Source: an uncultured Chloroflexia bacterium (GTDB lineage Bacteria; Chloroflexota; Limnocylindria; Limnocylindrales; CSP1-4). Taken from it: DNA of 64,000 nucleotides. The translations under genes and the position numbers were made by a program. Under the pieces are notes generated by a model. The model was not told the origin of the DNA, ran no database searches, and worked only from the letters and a program-made list of their open reading frames with translations. Where the stretch lies: positions 167,012 through 231,011 of the forward strand of contig CAWBHP010000013.1 in the NCBI GenBank assembly GCA_963788685.1, in the 5' to 3' direction. Below are positions 1 through 10,944 of the stretch, in pieces; position 1 is the stretch's first letter; every line of letters begins with the position of its first letter.

Positions 1-184
1 CCCAGGCGCATCGCCGGATCGTGGGTCCCGCGGAGGTGTGGCGCGAGGGTCAGGCGGAGGTCAAGGGGACGGTCGAGCGGGATCGTCCGAGCGGGCACCG
101 GCCCAGTCTGTCACGTGGTTGCGAGATTCGCACGAAAGGGTCGCATCCGCCCAAATTCTCGTTCCCTGCTAAGGTTTCCTTGAC

Positions 185-786
185 GTGCGACGCCCCAGAG
201 TCGTCGCGAGCACGCTTCTCATAATCGTGCTCGCCGCGGTCGCCGTCCCAGGGTCCGCCGGATCCCGGGGCCCCAGCCCCGAAACCGTGAACGATACGAA
301 CCTCTACTTTGGCGTGGAGGTTTCATCCGTCGCGTGGGACGAAGATGACGACACCAGCCTTGGACCCGGCATACCGATCAAACGGTGCGCTGGACACGAA
401 CTCGATCCTGCTCGACCCGGACTCTCGACCGGCCCCTTCAGGCCGCCCGCCGGGCTCTCTGAGCCAGCCCGCGGCCCAGGCTGGCGTGGTCGTCCTGCCG
501 ACGTGGCATTTCGACGGCAACGTGAGTTGGTATGGCCCCGGCTTCTACGGGAAGCGAACGGCGTGCGGCCAGGCGATGACAGAGTCGCTCATCGGCGTCG
601 CCCACAAGACGCCTGCCATGCGGGACGAAGATCACGTTCAAGAACCCGGCTAACGGCAGGACGGTCACGGCTCCGGTCGTCGACCGGGGACCGTACGTGT
701 CGGGGCGGCAGTGGGACCTGACGGGCGGCCTGTGCCTGGCCCTCGGTCACTGCTACACGGGCTCGCTCTACTGGAAGTACGGCTAG
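185..786 (+). CDS. RlpA-like double-psi beta-barrel protein with a signal peptide; at least two frameshifts (about 300-420 and about 610)
   Basis: The N-terminal signal peptide is MRRPRVVASTLLIIVLAAVAV. The motif SWYGPGFYGKRTACGQ lies in a second frame, and KTLPCGTKITFKNPANGRTVTAPVVDRGPYVSGRQWDLT...YWKYG* lies in a third. Confidence 0.55.
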
Positions 787-982
787 GCCCGCCCGGACTC
801 GTCCTCGCCGCTCGTCCTCCCTCGATAATCGCCTGGAGCGATGGATCCCAGCCCCACTCGCTCTGAATGGTCACGGCTGATCGGCGACAGCGATCATCGA
901 GCTGTGCGCTGGCTCGCGAGACGCTTGTAGCCACACTAAACGGCCCCGATTCATCGCTGCCTGTGATCACGGAGTTGGTTCG

Positions 983-1696
983 TCACCGTCCGAATCGAAC
1001 GCCGGGTGGAGGCTCCGCCATGACGTGGGTACGTCGTCCGTCCAGTCGGATCCAAACGATCCCGGCTCCGGGCCACGCGTCGTCGCCGGTGAGCGACGCC
1101 ACGAGGTCCGCGGCCCGAGCTGGGTAGGCCGCCGCGAGGGTCGATTCGAACTCGTTTACGAGCGTCCGGGTCGCTCGCGTCGAACGGAGGACGAGGAGCC
1201 TGCTGACGCTCGGCGGCTTGGTCCCGCTGACCATGAGATCGGCGATCGAGGTCGATTGAAGAGAGTCCGCCTTCTCCCTGGCCCACCGTATCTGCTGCTC
1301 GAGGCGCCGAAGCTGAGAATGGAATTCGGCCGCCACGAGGAGACCGGCTTCTTGATCGGCCACGACGAGATCGATCACTCCCCTGACAGGGCTGCGGACA
1401 GGAACCTCCGGAAACCGCGCCCATCGAGGATGAAGGATGCGAAGCATCGCCTCGACCATCGGTGCCTGAATGCGGTCGCGCAGGTGCGGCCCGGTTCCAG
1501 GAAAGAAGCGGAATGACGCGTCTCCTCCGAGGGCAGTCGCGAGCGCAACGACGATCGAGAGGCTTGGCTCTGCTGTTCCGGCCTCAATCTCCGCGAGATA
1601 CGACTGGGAGATACCAGCGACGGTCGCGACCTGACGCTGGCTGAGGCCGGCATCCTCGCGCGCGGAGCGGAAGCTCTCGCCGACAGCCCGAACCAT
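983..1696 (-). CDS. XRE-family helix-turn-helix transcriptional regulator
   Basis: The motif LSQRQVATVAGISQSYLAEIEAGTAEPSLSIVVALATALG is followed by a C-terminal domain of about 170 aa. The ATG is at 1696. Confidence 0.65.
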   Translation of the reverse strand: MVRAVGESFRSAREDAGLSQRQVATVAGISQSYLAEIEAGTAEPSLSIVVALATALGGDASFRFFPGTGPHLRDRIQAPMVEAMLRILHPRWARFPEVPVRSPVRGVIDLVVADQEAGLLVAAEFHSQLRRLEQQIRWAREKADSLQSTSIADLMVSGTKPPSVSRLLVLRSTRATRTLVNEFESTLAAAYPARAADLVASLTGDDAWPGAGIVWIRLDGRRTHVMAEPPPGVRFGR

Positions 1697-1832
1697 TCCG
1701 CGGGCGCGCCGATCAGCCTCCTGCTGCAGCCGTGTTGTGCCGGGCGCGGTCATGCGCGCATTGAACTCGAGCCCGCTTATCTGCGGCTTTGCGGAACCCC
1801 GGCGGAGGCGGCGCGGGCGTAGGATCGCCGGG

Positions 1833-2387
1833 ATGGCACGAACAAGCGACCGATCGGCCCTTCCGGGCTGGCTGCTCTTGGCGACACCCGTCATCGCTCT
1901 GATCGCGATCGTGTTCGTATGGACGGCGATCGACAATATCGGCGAGATCGGGCCGCTCGATAAGGCGAAGCTTGGTTGGCTCGTTGCGGTACCGCTGACA
2001 CTGATGCTGCCGGTCCTGACCGCTTGGGCCGGAGGCCGCCTCGGGCGGTTTTGGCGACCGATCCTGGCCGCGCTCGTCGGACTGGCTGCGGGCTTCGCCG
2101 TCGGCTGGCCAATCTGGGTCGAGCTTGCCGGCCAATGTTCGGCCGTCGGTCGCCCAACACCCCTCGGCTCAGTCGCGGCCACGAGCACGATCGTCGGCTT
2201 GACGGTGTTCGCAGCGGTGCTCGCTGCCGGCGCGGCCCTGGATTCCAACCGATCGCCCCGCATTACTGCGGGTCTCGCGCTCGCGGCCTCCGCGGTCGTC
2301 TGCGCGATCGGTTTCGCTATCTGGGTAGCCTTCGCGTTCGTGCTCTTCTTCGGGCAGTGCTCCGTCCGCCCCGGGATCACGCCCTGA
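1833..2387 (+). CDS. hypothetical multi-pass membrane protein
   Basis: It has hydrophobic helices throughout and lies divergent from the XRE regulator. Confidence 0.45.
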   Translation: MARTSDRSALPGWLLLATPVIALIAIVFVWTAIDNIGEIGPLDKAKLGWLVAVPLTLMLPVLTAWAGGRLGRFWRPILAALVGLAAGFAVGWPIWVELAGQCSAVGRPTPLGSVAATSTIVGLTVFAAVLAAGAALDSNRSPRITAGLALAASAVVCAIGFAIWVAFAFVLFFGQCSVRPGITP

Positions 2388-2411
2388 CGGCACCCGCGGT
2401 ACCCTGCGGCC

Positions 2412-2693
2412 ATGTGCCGCAGTATCAAACCCCTCCGCAGATCAGAATCCGATACCACGACCGGCGAGATCGAGGCCGCCGCTCTCCAGTTTGTTCGCAA
2501 GGTGAGCAACTACCGGGCGCCATCGGCTCGGAACGCCGAGGCGTTCGAGACGGCCGTCGCCGAGATTGCCAGCGCCTCGCGTCGGATGCTCGAGACGCTT
2601 GGCGTCGACATCGTCGAGGGTCCGAACCGCTGGACGCCCGGCTCCGGTTCGCCCCACCGCCACTCCGCCACCGCGCCCGAACACACCCACTGA
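2412..2693 (+). CDS. DUF2277-like small protein
   Basis: The protein starts MCRSIKPL and contains the motif AALQFVRKVSNYRAPSARNAEAFETAVAEIA. Confidence 0.5.
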   Translation: MCRSIKPLRRSESDTTTGEIEAAALQFVRKVSNYRAPSARNAEAFETAVAEIASASRRMLETLGVDIVEGPNRWTPGSGSPHRHSATAPEHTH

Positions 2694-2706
2694 TCGTCTC
2701 GATCGC

Positions 2707-3918
2707 ATGAGCGTCACGCTCGCGCCGTGGTGGGTCCGCCCGGGCCTCGAAGCGCGTGACGGCCGCCTCACGATCGCAGGTGAGGACGCGGAAGCGCTCG
2801 CCCGGCAGCACGGGACGCCGCTCTTCGTCTACGACCGGACGAGGTTCGCCGAGAACGCCCGCCGACTCGCCGCGGCGCTCGACCGCGCCGGGCTCCGACA
2901 TCGGCTCCGCTTCGCGCTCAAGGCGCACCCGGACCCGCGGGTCCTCGAGGTCCTTCGCGGTCTCGTCGGGATCGATGCCTGTTCGCCGGGCGAGGTGACC
3001 CGAGCCCTCGAGTGCGGGTTCGCGCCGGAGGAGATCAGTTTCACGGGCACGAACGTCTCCGAACGGGACCTCGACGTGCTCCTGGCCGTGCCGATCCACA
3101 TCAATCTCGACGCGATCAGCCAGGTCGAGCGGCTCGGACGGCGCGATCCGGGGCGGACCATCGGGCTGCGCATCAATCCGGCCGCGGGAGCCGGCTATCA
3201 CACGGGCCTCGCTTACAGCGGCGAACGTCCCACGAAATTCGGCATCTACGAGGAGCGCATCCCCGATGCGCTCGCCGCGGCCGCCCGCCACCGCCTCACG
3301 ATCGACACGATCCACTTCCATGCCGGATCGGGCTGGCTCGGGGCCGACGGGCTGGCCGCGTTCGAGACGGCGCTCGCCCGGGTCGCCGCGATTGCCGCCC
3401 GCCTCATCGCCGATGGCCATCCGATCGTCGAAGTCAACGTCGGTGGCGGACTCGGCGTGCCCGCCCGGTCGACGGAAGCTCCGGTCGACCTCGACGCCTA
3501 CGCCGCGGCCCTCGCCCGCCAACTCGGGCCGCTCGGCGTGGCCGTCGGCTGCGAGCCCGGCGACTACATCGCAAAGGATGCCGCGATCCTCCTCGGCGAG
3601 GTCGTGACCGTCGAGGAGCGCGGCGGGACGACGTTCGTCGGCCTCGACCTGGGCTGGAACGTGAACTGCTCGTACTTCATCTATCGCTACCTGCAGGAGA
3701 TCGTCGTCTGCCGGGCGGCCGATGCGCCCCGCACGGAGGTCGTCACGGTGGCCGGCCACATCAACGAGGCGGGCGACGTGTTCGCCGAGGACTACCCGAT
3801 CCAGCCGGTCATCGAGGGCGACATCGTCGCGCTCCTCAACGCCGGCGGCTACCACGAGGCGATGAGCTCGACTCATTGCCTTCGACCAATGGCCGGAGCC
3901 GTCTTCCTCGACCGCTAG
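2707..3918 (+). CDS. lysA: PLP-dependent group IV decarboxylase of the diaminopimelate/ornithine decarboxylase family (LysA-like), intact
   Basis: Motifs include PLFVYD, FALKAHPDP, HFHAGSG, CEPGDYIA and the C-terminal GGYHEAMSS. The 403-codon frame is uninterrupted. Confidence 0.8.
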   Translation: MSVTLAPWWVRPGLEARDGRLTIAGEDAEALARQHGTPLFVYDRTRFAENARRLAAALDRAGLRHRLRFALKAHPDPRVLEVLRGLVGIDACSPGEVTRALECGFAPEEISFTGTNVSERDLDVLLAVPIHINLDAISQVERLGRRDPGRTIGLRINPAAGAGYHTGLAYSGERPTKFGIYEERIPDALAAAARHRLTIDTIHFHAGSGWLGADGLAAFETALARVAAIAARLIADGHPIVEVNVGGGLGVPARSTEAPVDLDAYAAALARQLGPLGVAVGCEPGDYIAKDAAILLGEVVTVEERGGTTFVGLDLGWNVNCSYFIYRYLQEIVVCRAADAPRTEVVTVAGHINEAGDVFAEDYPIQPVIEGDIVALLNAGGYHEAMSSTHCLRPMAGAVFLDR

Positions 3919-4428
3919 TCGGAGACGCTCCCCAGATTTCCCCAGCTGCGGTGCCGGTCGACGACGACTCTGATGATCGGGCGACGCTCCAGCTGGTGGC
4001 TGGCGTATTGCGGATACCTGGCCCGGAGCGCGACCACGGCCACTCCGTGCTCCTCGGATGTCGTCGCCTCGTCGGGTTCAATGAGCTCCGCGAGGCCGTC
4101 CAGTCGGAGCCATCCGAGCGCGGACCAGTCCTCCGACCAGGCGTGGACCAGGAGCGACACGTGCAGGGTTGGCGGCGATGTCGCGAACTCGCTCCAGGTC
4201 GTGCGGATCGGCGACGCGCTTGGGCTTCTCGTCCAGCGGCGACCAGATCCGCAGTGGCACGTCGGCGGCGTCGAACGCGAAGCAGATCGGGACGAGTCGC
4301 GGCCGGCCATCGGGAGCCGTCGTCCCGAGGACCGCCGATCGCGCTGCGGCGAGGAAGACCAGTTCGGCCTGCGTCAATTCGTTGCCGGCGGCCATCGCCG
4401 AATGATGCATCACTAGACTGTCCCTCAT
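3915..4428 (-). CDS. PPOX-class F420-dependent oxidoreductase / pyridoxamine 5'-phosphate oxidase family protein; one frameshift at about 4150
   Basis: The motif GRPRLVPICFAFD...ANP lies in one frame and VSLLVHAWSEDWSALGWLRLDG in another. Confidence 0.55.
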
Positions 4429-5286
4429 GGCCGATCTCCTCCCGCCGACCCGCCACGTCACGACGACCCGGATCGTCGCCGTCCGCGGCTCCGAACTGGA
4501 ATACCGCGCCGACCGCGTCGTCGGCGAGGAGCCGCTCGAGATCCGGGCGGCCGGGCCCGGGCAGGAGCCGGTGGCGGTCGCGGTCACGATGCGCACGCCC
4601 GGGTTCGAGGACGAGCTCGCGGTCGGGTTCCTCCGGACCGAGGGGCTGATCGAGGGTCCGGAGGTCCTGAGGATCGAGCGCGGCGATCCGGCCGAGATGA
4701 GCCAGCCGGACGACCGGGTCACCGTCCGCCTGGCCCGGGCGTTCGACGCCTCCGTCGTCGCTGAGCGCCATTTCGTCGCGACCGCCTCGTGCGGAATCTG
4801 CGGCAAGGCCTCGCTCGACGAAGTCGCGATCCGCTCCGAGCCGCTCCCGCCCGGACCGGTCGTCGAGCGGCGCGTCGTCCTCGCTCTTCCGGATCTGCTT
4901 CGGGCCGCTCAGCGGGCGTTCGACGAGACGGGCGGGCTCCATGCCGCGGGCTGTTCACGCCGGCCGGCGAGTTGCTCGCCTTGCACGAAGACGTGGGGCG
5001 CCACAACGCGCTCGACAAGCTGGTCGGGTCGCAGGTCCTCGCCAAGGCGATGCCCCTCCACGAACGGATCCTCATGGTCAGCGGCCGGGTGAGCTTCGAG
5101 ATCATCCAGAAGGCCGCCGTGGCCGGCATCCCGATCGTCTGCGCGGTCTCGGCGCCGTCCGACCTGGCAGTCGAGGCGGCGGATCGGCTGGGCGTGACGC
5201 TCGTCGGCTTCCTGCGCGGCGACGGCTTCAACGTCTACGCCCACGACGAGCGGATCGACCTGCGGGACATCCTCGGCTTGGGCTGA
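4427..5286 (+). CDS. fdhD: formate dehydrogenase accessory sulfurtransferase FdhD; one frameshift at about 4945
   Basis: Motifs include SCGICGKASLD, TGGLHAAG (frameshift follows), LFTPAGELLALHEDVGRHNALDK and SFEIIQKAAVAGIPIV. Confidence 0.8.
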
Positions 5287-5365
5287 CGGGTGTAAGGTCA
5301 GGGCGACCCCCAGCGCCTCCCGCGCCGCTCCAACTGACACTGCCCTGCCACGAAGGAGCCTCCCG

Positions 5366-7221
5366 ATGACCGCGACCTCGAGCCGACCTTTCGCCCGCCG
5401 CTCCCTGCCGGCCACGATCGCCGGACTCCTCCTCGCCGCGGCGCTCGCCCCCGCCGCGACCTCCGCGGCGGCGATCCCCACGTTCGTCCCGATCGGGGCG
5501 GGCTATGCGGCCGACACGCTTGAGCAATTCGCCGCGGAGGCGGCGGCCATCGACGCGTCGGGAGAGGTGTCGATCCTCGTCCTGCCGATCACGTACGGCG
5601 TCGACCCGCTGTCGATGTCGAACGGCCTTCGGAACAAGAACTTGACCTTGGCCGACGGGCGTCGCGGCCAGATCGAGGATGCGTGCCTTGCGGTCATTCC
5701 CGCCGGCGAGACCTGCGACGTGGTGCTCGCACCGGTCCTTGTTCGGGACGACGCGTTCGACTCCGGCGAACGTCGGATCTCGTCACGCCGGGCCTGGACG
5801 GGATCTACGTCCTCGGTGGCGACCAGGTCGTCGCGATGCAGGTCGTCGCCAACACGCCGTTCGAGGACGCCCTCGCGGCCGCCCAGGCGGCGGGCGCCGT
5901 GACCAGCGGGAACAGCGCGGGTGCGGCGGTCGAGTCGGCCGACATGATCGCCGGCTACACCGGGGCGAACGGACCCGAGCAGGGATTCGAGCAGGGCGCC
6001 GTGGACCTGTGGCTCTATGGCGGCCCGACGGACGACACCCGCGGCCTCGTCTTTGGGCTCCAGAACGTCCTCCTCGACCAGCACGTCCTCCAGCGCGGCC
6101 GGATCGCCCGGCTCATCGCGACTGCCCACCTGGCCGGCACGGTCGGGATCGGGCTCGATGCCGACACGGCTGCCACGATCAAGAACGGGAGCACTGTCAC
6201 CGAGATCGGCGGGCTGTCGGCGGCATTCGTCGCGGACTCGCTGACGTTCCCGGCGTTTGCCCAGTACGACAGCTCCGGGACGCTCTCGATCCGCCGCGAG
6301 GCGACCCACGTTCTGGCACCCGGCGACGGCTACGACATCCCGTTGCGGCAACCGATTCCCGCGGGTTCGGCCGGGTCACTCCCGGCGCCGGACCTGACCG
6401 GACGCTCGTTCCCGAACCTCCTGCCCCCGCCGAACGCCGGCCCGCTCCTGCTGGCGGGCGGCTCGCCGTCGGGCGCGGTCCTCGATCGATTCGTCGTGGA
6501 TTCCGGCGGGTCCGGCAGCTCGATCGTCGTCCTTGCGGCCGGCTACGCCAAGCCGGAGGTCGCGACGAAGGACGCCAAGGCGTTCGCGGCTGCATTCTCG
6601 GCTCGTGGTGCGTCGGCGAGCTGGTTCCTCGTCAACGCGAAGACGAACGAGGCCCAGGTCGTGGCCGCCTTGAACGCTGCCGACGGCATCTTCCTGACGG
6701 CCCCGGATCCGTCGACAGTGCTGGGCTCGCTCGCGGCGAAGCCCCAGGTCACCGCCCAGATCGTCGGCCTCTGGGGCAACGGCCGGGCGCTGCTCGCGAA
6801 CGACGCGGCCGCGTCGGCGATCAGCGAGAACTTCACCACCGATCCGCGGCCGGCGGCCACGACGGGAGCGATCGAAGCCGCGGCGATCGCCGAGTTCCGG
6901 CCCGACAGCACGACCGTCGTCGAGGGCCTCGGCTGGATCAACGTCGCCGTCGAACCGGGCATCGTCTCGAATCGCCACTGGGGCCGGCTCTACAACATCG
7001 TCGCGGAGCCGTTCCCCGCGGAGGGGATCGCGATCGGGATCGATGCCGGCACCGCGGTCGAGTTCCGCCCGGAATGGTCCGCACCGCAGGTCGTCGGCGA
7101 CAGCGTCGCCGTCCTCCTCGACGGGCGGTACGCGTCGTTCGGCGTCGGGTCGAACGGTGCGCTGTCGGCGCACTGGGTGATCCTGGACACGTTAGTCGGC
7201 GGCGAGGAGGTCGCGCCCTAG
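5366..7221 (+). CDS. secreted protein with two tandem cyanophycinase-like (peptidase S51) domains; one frameshift at about 5785
   Basis: A signal peptide is followed by GDQV...SGNSAGAAVESADMIAG...LLDQHVLQRGRIARL...GIGLDADTA. A second S51-like repeat runs from about 6430 to 7200 (GIAIGIDAGTAVEF). Confidence 0.6.
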
Positions 7222-7430
7222 CCGCTGCTGTGTGCGCCCGCCGCGCCGTTACGCGACGCGTACCGACGGGCGGGCGAGGCCGGCGCCAAGCCCGCTTCAA
7301 GGCCCTCCAGCCGCCAACAGTTACGCGAGGCGTGCCATTTGGCGGTAAGAAGGGGTTCGACCGGCCTTGCGCGGTCGGCTGGCGGTCCCTTGGTACGGGA
7401 GGCGTAACGCAGACGCGAGTCGCGGGGCGT

Positions 7431-8510
7431 CAGCCGCCGCGTGGCCCACGGTTCTGGACGAACTGGAAGCCGAAGCGGCCCTTGATGCAGAGGTGGCCGT
7501 CGGTCACCGACGAATCGAGCGGCGAATCGACCTTCACGATCGTGTTGTCCTGGACGTGGAGATTGAGCGCGCAGCCGACGCCGCAATACGGGCAGATCGT
7601 CTCGGTCACCGTCTGGGCGCTCTCGTCCCAGGTCCCGGCGGCGCGCATGTCGAACTCGGACTTGAACATCAACGCGCCCGTCGGGCAGACGCCGATGCAG
7701 TTGCCGCAGTAGACGCACGCCGAATCGGGCAGCGGGACCGCCTCCTCCGTGGAGATGCGGGCGTCGAAGCCGCGCCCAGCGACGGCGATCGCGAACGTGT
7801 TCTGGGCGTCCTCGCCGCAGGCCTCGACGCACTTGTAGCAGAGGATGCACTTCGAGTAGTCGCGGACGTACAGGTTGTTGTCGACCATGACCGGCTGAGC
7901 GACGGTCTGGGCCTGCTGGGCGTCGGCGCCGGTCGGGGCGTGGTGGTGGCCCGGCTCGTGGGCGTCGCGTTCGCCGGCCTCGGCGGGCGGCGCCGATGGT
8001 CCGTAGCGAGCGGTGTCGGCGCCGTAGCGCTCGATGTAGCCGCGCGGCCGACGGCGCGGTCGAGAGATCGACCGACGAGCCGAGGAACTCGAGGACCATC
8101 TTCCGGCTGTGGCGGACCCGCTCCGAGTCCGTCGAGACGTCCATCCCGGCCTCGACCTTGCGCGAGCAGGCCGGGACGAGGACGCGCGAACCCGTGACCT
8201 CGACGACACAGACGCGGCAGACGTTGACCGGGGTCAGGTTGTCGAGATAGCAGAGGGTCGGCGTGTCGATCCCCTGGGCCCGACATGCGTCGAGGATCGT
8301 GGAGCCGACCGGCACCGAGACCGCGGCGCCGTCGATCGTGATCTCGACCTCGGGGCGGGGTGGGGCCGGTGGCGGGGCCGGCGGACGGCTCGGGCGGGCT
8401 GCCGGCTTGAGGATGATCTCGGTGAGCGGCTGGGCGCCCGGGGCCTCGTGTTCGTGCGGCGAACGCCGATCGGGGGCGGGATCGCGATCCATGCTCAGCC
8501 CGTCGCTCAC
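7431..8510 (-). CDS. fdsA: NAD-type formate dehydrogenase alpha subunit, N-terminal fragment only (2Fe-2S, two 4Fe-4S domains, and the CPYCGVGC cluster motif); frameshift at about 8050; ends [16 protein letters not shown]
   Basis: Motifs include [64 protein letters not shown] and [24 protein letters not shown]. No molybdopterin domain follows. Confidence 0.75.
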
Positions 8511-9658
8511 AGCGCCACCAATTCCGGCTGGCGCATCGCGCTCTCGATCGCCGATGACGCCGTCTGGCCCAGGCCGCAGATGCTCGCATCGCGCATCGCC
8601 TGGCCGATCTCGGCGAGGAGCGCGAGCTCGTCCGTCGCGGCTGCCGAGCGGGCGCCGCGGCGGCGAGCCGGGCGAGGAGCTCCTCCTGGCGGACCGTGCC
8701 GACCCGGCACGGGACGCACTGGCCGCATGACTCGTCGCGGAAGAACTGGGCGATCCGGCGGAGCGTGTCGACCATGTCGGCGGTCTCGTCGAAGGCCATG
8801 ACGACGCCGGAGCCGAGGGTCGCCCCGATCGCGCGCGTCGCCTCGAACGTGAGCGGCGTGTCGAGCGCGTCCGGGCCGACGAAAACGCCCGCCGCGCCGC
8901 CGAGGAGGACGGCCTTCAGGTTTCGGCCGCCAGGGACGCCGCCTGCCAGCTCCAGCAGCTCGCGAAGGGTCGCCCCGAATTCGACCTCGTAGACGCCCGG
9001 GTCTCGCGACGTGGCCGCTGACGCAGAAGAGCTTCGGGCCGGTCGAGCCCTCCGTGCCGATCGCCCGGAAGGCGTCGGGGCCGCCGTTGTCGGCGAGGAT
9101 GAGGAGGACGTTGACGAGCGTCTCGACGTTGTTGACGGCCGTCGGCTTGCCGAACAGGCCGACTTCGACGGGGAACGGCGGCTTGTTGCGCGGCTCGCCG
9201 CGCTTGCCCTCGATCGACTCGAAGAGCGCCGTCTCCTCGCCGCAGATGTAGGCGCCGGCGCCGCGCCGCAGCTCGATGTCGAGGTCGCCGAGGAGACCAG
9301 CGTCCTTGCTCGCGGCGATCGCGTTCGCGATCCGCGCCTCGGCGAGCGGGTACTCGCCGCGGATGTAGAGGTACGCCTTGTCGGCGCCGACCGCGAATGC
9401 CTCGATCGCCATCGCCTCGACGACCGCGAACGGATCGTGCTCCATCAGGACGCGGTCCTTGAACGTTCCCGGCTCCGACTCGTCCGCGTTGCAGACGAGG
9501 TAGTGCGGCTCAGCGGCCTGCGCGGCGACCGCCGCCCACTTGCGGCCGGTCGGGAACGCCGCGCCGCCGCGCCCGACGAGGCCCGAAGCCGTCACCTCCT
9601 CGATGACGGCCTGGGCCCCGATCTGTGCGGGCTCGCTCGAGGGCCCGAAAGCCGCCAC
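8507..9658 (-). CDS. fdsB: formate dehydrogenase beta subunit (NuoF-like, NAD/FMN-binding); at least three frameshifts
   Basis: Motifs include [44 protein letters not shown] and FCVSGHV. In other frames are [13 protein letters not shown] and [10 protein letters not shown]. Confidence 0.7.
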   Translation of the reverse strand: MAAFGPSSEPAQIGAQAVIEEVTASGLVGRGGAAFPTGRKWAAVAAQAAEPHYLVCNADESEPGTFKDRVLMEHDPFAVVEAMAIEAFAVGADKAYLYIRGEYPLAEARIANAIAASKDAGLLGDLDIELRRGAGAYICGEETALFESIEGKRGEPRNKPPFPVEVGLFGKPTAVNNVETLVNVLLILADNGGPDAFRAIGTEGSTGPKLFCVSGHVARPGRLRGRIRGDPSRAAGAGRRRPWRPKPEGRPPRRRGGRFRRPGRARHAAHVRGDARDRGDPRLRRRHGLRRDRRHGRHAPPDRPVLPRRVMRPVRPVPGRHGPPGGAPRPARRRGARSAAATDELALLAEIGQAMRDASICGLGQTASSAIESAMRQPELVAL

Positions 9659-10371
9659 TGGCGCGGTAGGCGTCGAGGGACGTCGGGTCGACGACGCCGA
9701 CGCGGGCGAGCAGCCGGAGCCCGGGCCCGCCGGCCTGCGGGACCGACGCGCTCGCCAACGGTCGGAGACTCGGCCGGTGCCGGAGTGATGCCGTTCGTCG
9801 CATCAGCGAGGCGAGCCGAGACGCCGACCGCGTCGACCGGCGCGGCAACCTGGGTCAGCGGATTCTCACCGGCAACCGTGAACATCGCGGCCGGCGCGCG
9901 CTCGCACAGGCCCAGGCACGGCGACGGCAGCCAGGTCGACATGCCGTCGGCCATCGGCGCGCCGGCCGGACCAAGCGTTCGCTCGAGGTCGGCCGTCAGG
10001 CCGGCGGCGCCCGCGAGCCGGCAGGCGATGTCGTCGCAGACGTGGGCGACGACGGGTGGCCGCGCCTTCGTCGCGAACAGGGCGTAGAACGTGGCAACGC
10101 CGTAGGCCTCCGCCGGCGGGACGCTGAGGCGGCGGCAGACGTAGTTGAGCGCCGGCTGGCTGATCCAGCCGATCCGCGACTGGACGGCGTGGAGTGCCGG
10201 GATCAGGAGGTCTCGGCGGGAGCGCGCATCGTGTCCGCCGCGAGCGACATGGCCCTCGGTCTTCGGGTCGCGCGCTCCGCCACGCCAGGCCGATTCCGCC
10301 GGCCCGAGGACCGCGTCCACGGCTGCCCGCTCGGCCGGCGATGCGAGCGGCCCGATGACGTGGAGGTCCAT
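9592..10371 (-). CDS. fdsG: formate dehydrogenase gamma subunit (NuoE-like 2Fe-2S thioredoxin-like); C-terminal end uncertain
   Basis: The motif is [41 protein letters not shown]...VCDDIAC. Confidence 0.65.
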   Translation of the reverse strand: MDLHVIGPLASPAERAAVDAVLGPAESAWRGGARDPKTEGHVARGGHDARSRRDLLIPALHAVQSRIGWISQPALNYVCRRLSVPPAEAYGVATFYALFATKARPPVVAHVCDDIACRLAGAAGLTADLERTLGPAGAPMADGMSTWLPSPCLGLCERAPAAMFTVAGENPLTQVAAPVDAVGVSARLADATNGITPAPAESPTVGERVGPAGRRARAPAARPRRRRRPDVPRRLPRQWRLSGPRASPHRSGPRPSSRR

Positions 10372-10399
10372 GGCCTGAGTGTAGCGATCCTGAGCCGTG

Positions 10400-10944
10400 T
10401 CAGCCAGTGACGCGGGCGACCCACGCTCGGGCGATCGGATGGAGGGCCGCGTAGGCGTCCCACGTGCCGCGGGCCCAGCCGTCGACCGCCGCGCGATGAT
10501 CGACCAGGTCAGTTGCGGCCCGGACGGCGGCGATCGTCAGCGGCCCGCGCGTCTTGGGGAGAGGCGGCTTCGTCGAGCTCCGGCCGGCGGCTGAGCCACC
10601 GCTGGATCGCGGCATTGAGCTCCTCCTCGCGGCCACGGTGCTCCATCGCGATGCAGAGGCCGGTCAGATGCGCTGCCAACGAGGTCGCGGAGGCGCAGTA
10701 GCGCTCAGCGTGCTGCAGGCAGTAGGTATCGACGACCATCCGGCGCCGGGCGGCGAAACGGATGTCGGCGTACTCGCGCGCCGACTCGTCGTCGAAGATT
10801 GCCTGACAGCCCTCGACGCCGCCCTCGACGACGAGGCCGCAGCCGGAACACGCGTCCCGTCGATCGGCGGCGCGCTGACCTGGCTCGGCCGCGATCGGGG
10901 TGCCGGGACGGGAGCGCCGCCGGCGGTCGGACGTCTTCGGCCAT
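10400..10944 (-). CDS. hypothetical cysteine-containing protein between the fdhA 3' end and fdsG; apparent frameshift
   Basis: Fragments read ...DACSGCGLVVEGG...MVVDTYCLQHAERYCASATSLAAHLTGLCIAMEH... and ...DLVDHRAAVDGWARGTWDAYAALHPIARAWV*. No family was recognised. Confidence 0.25.
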
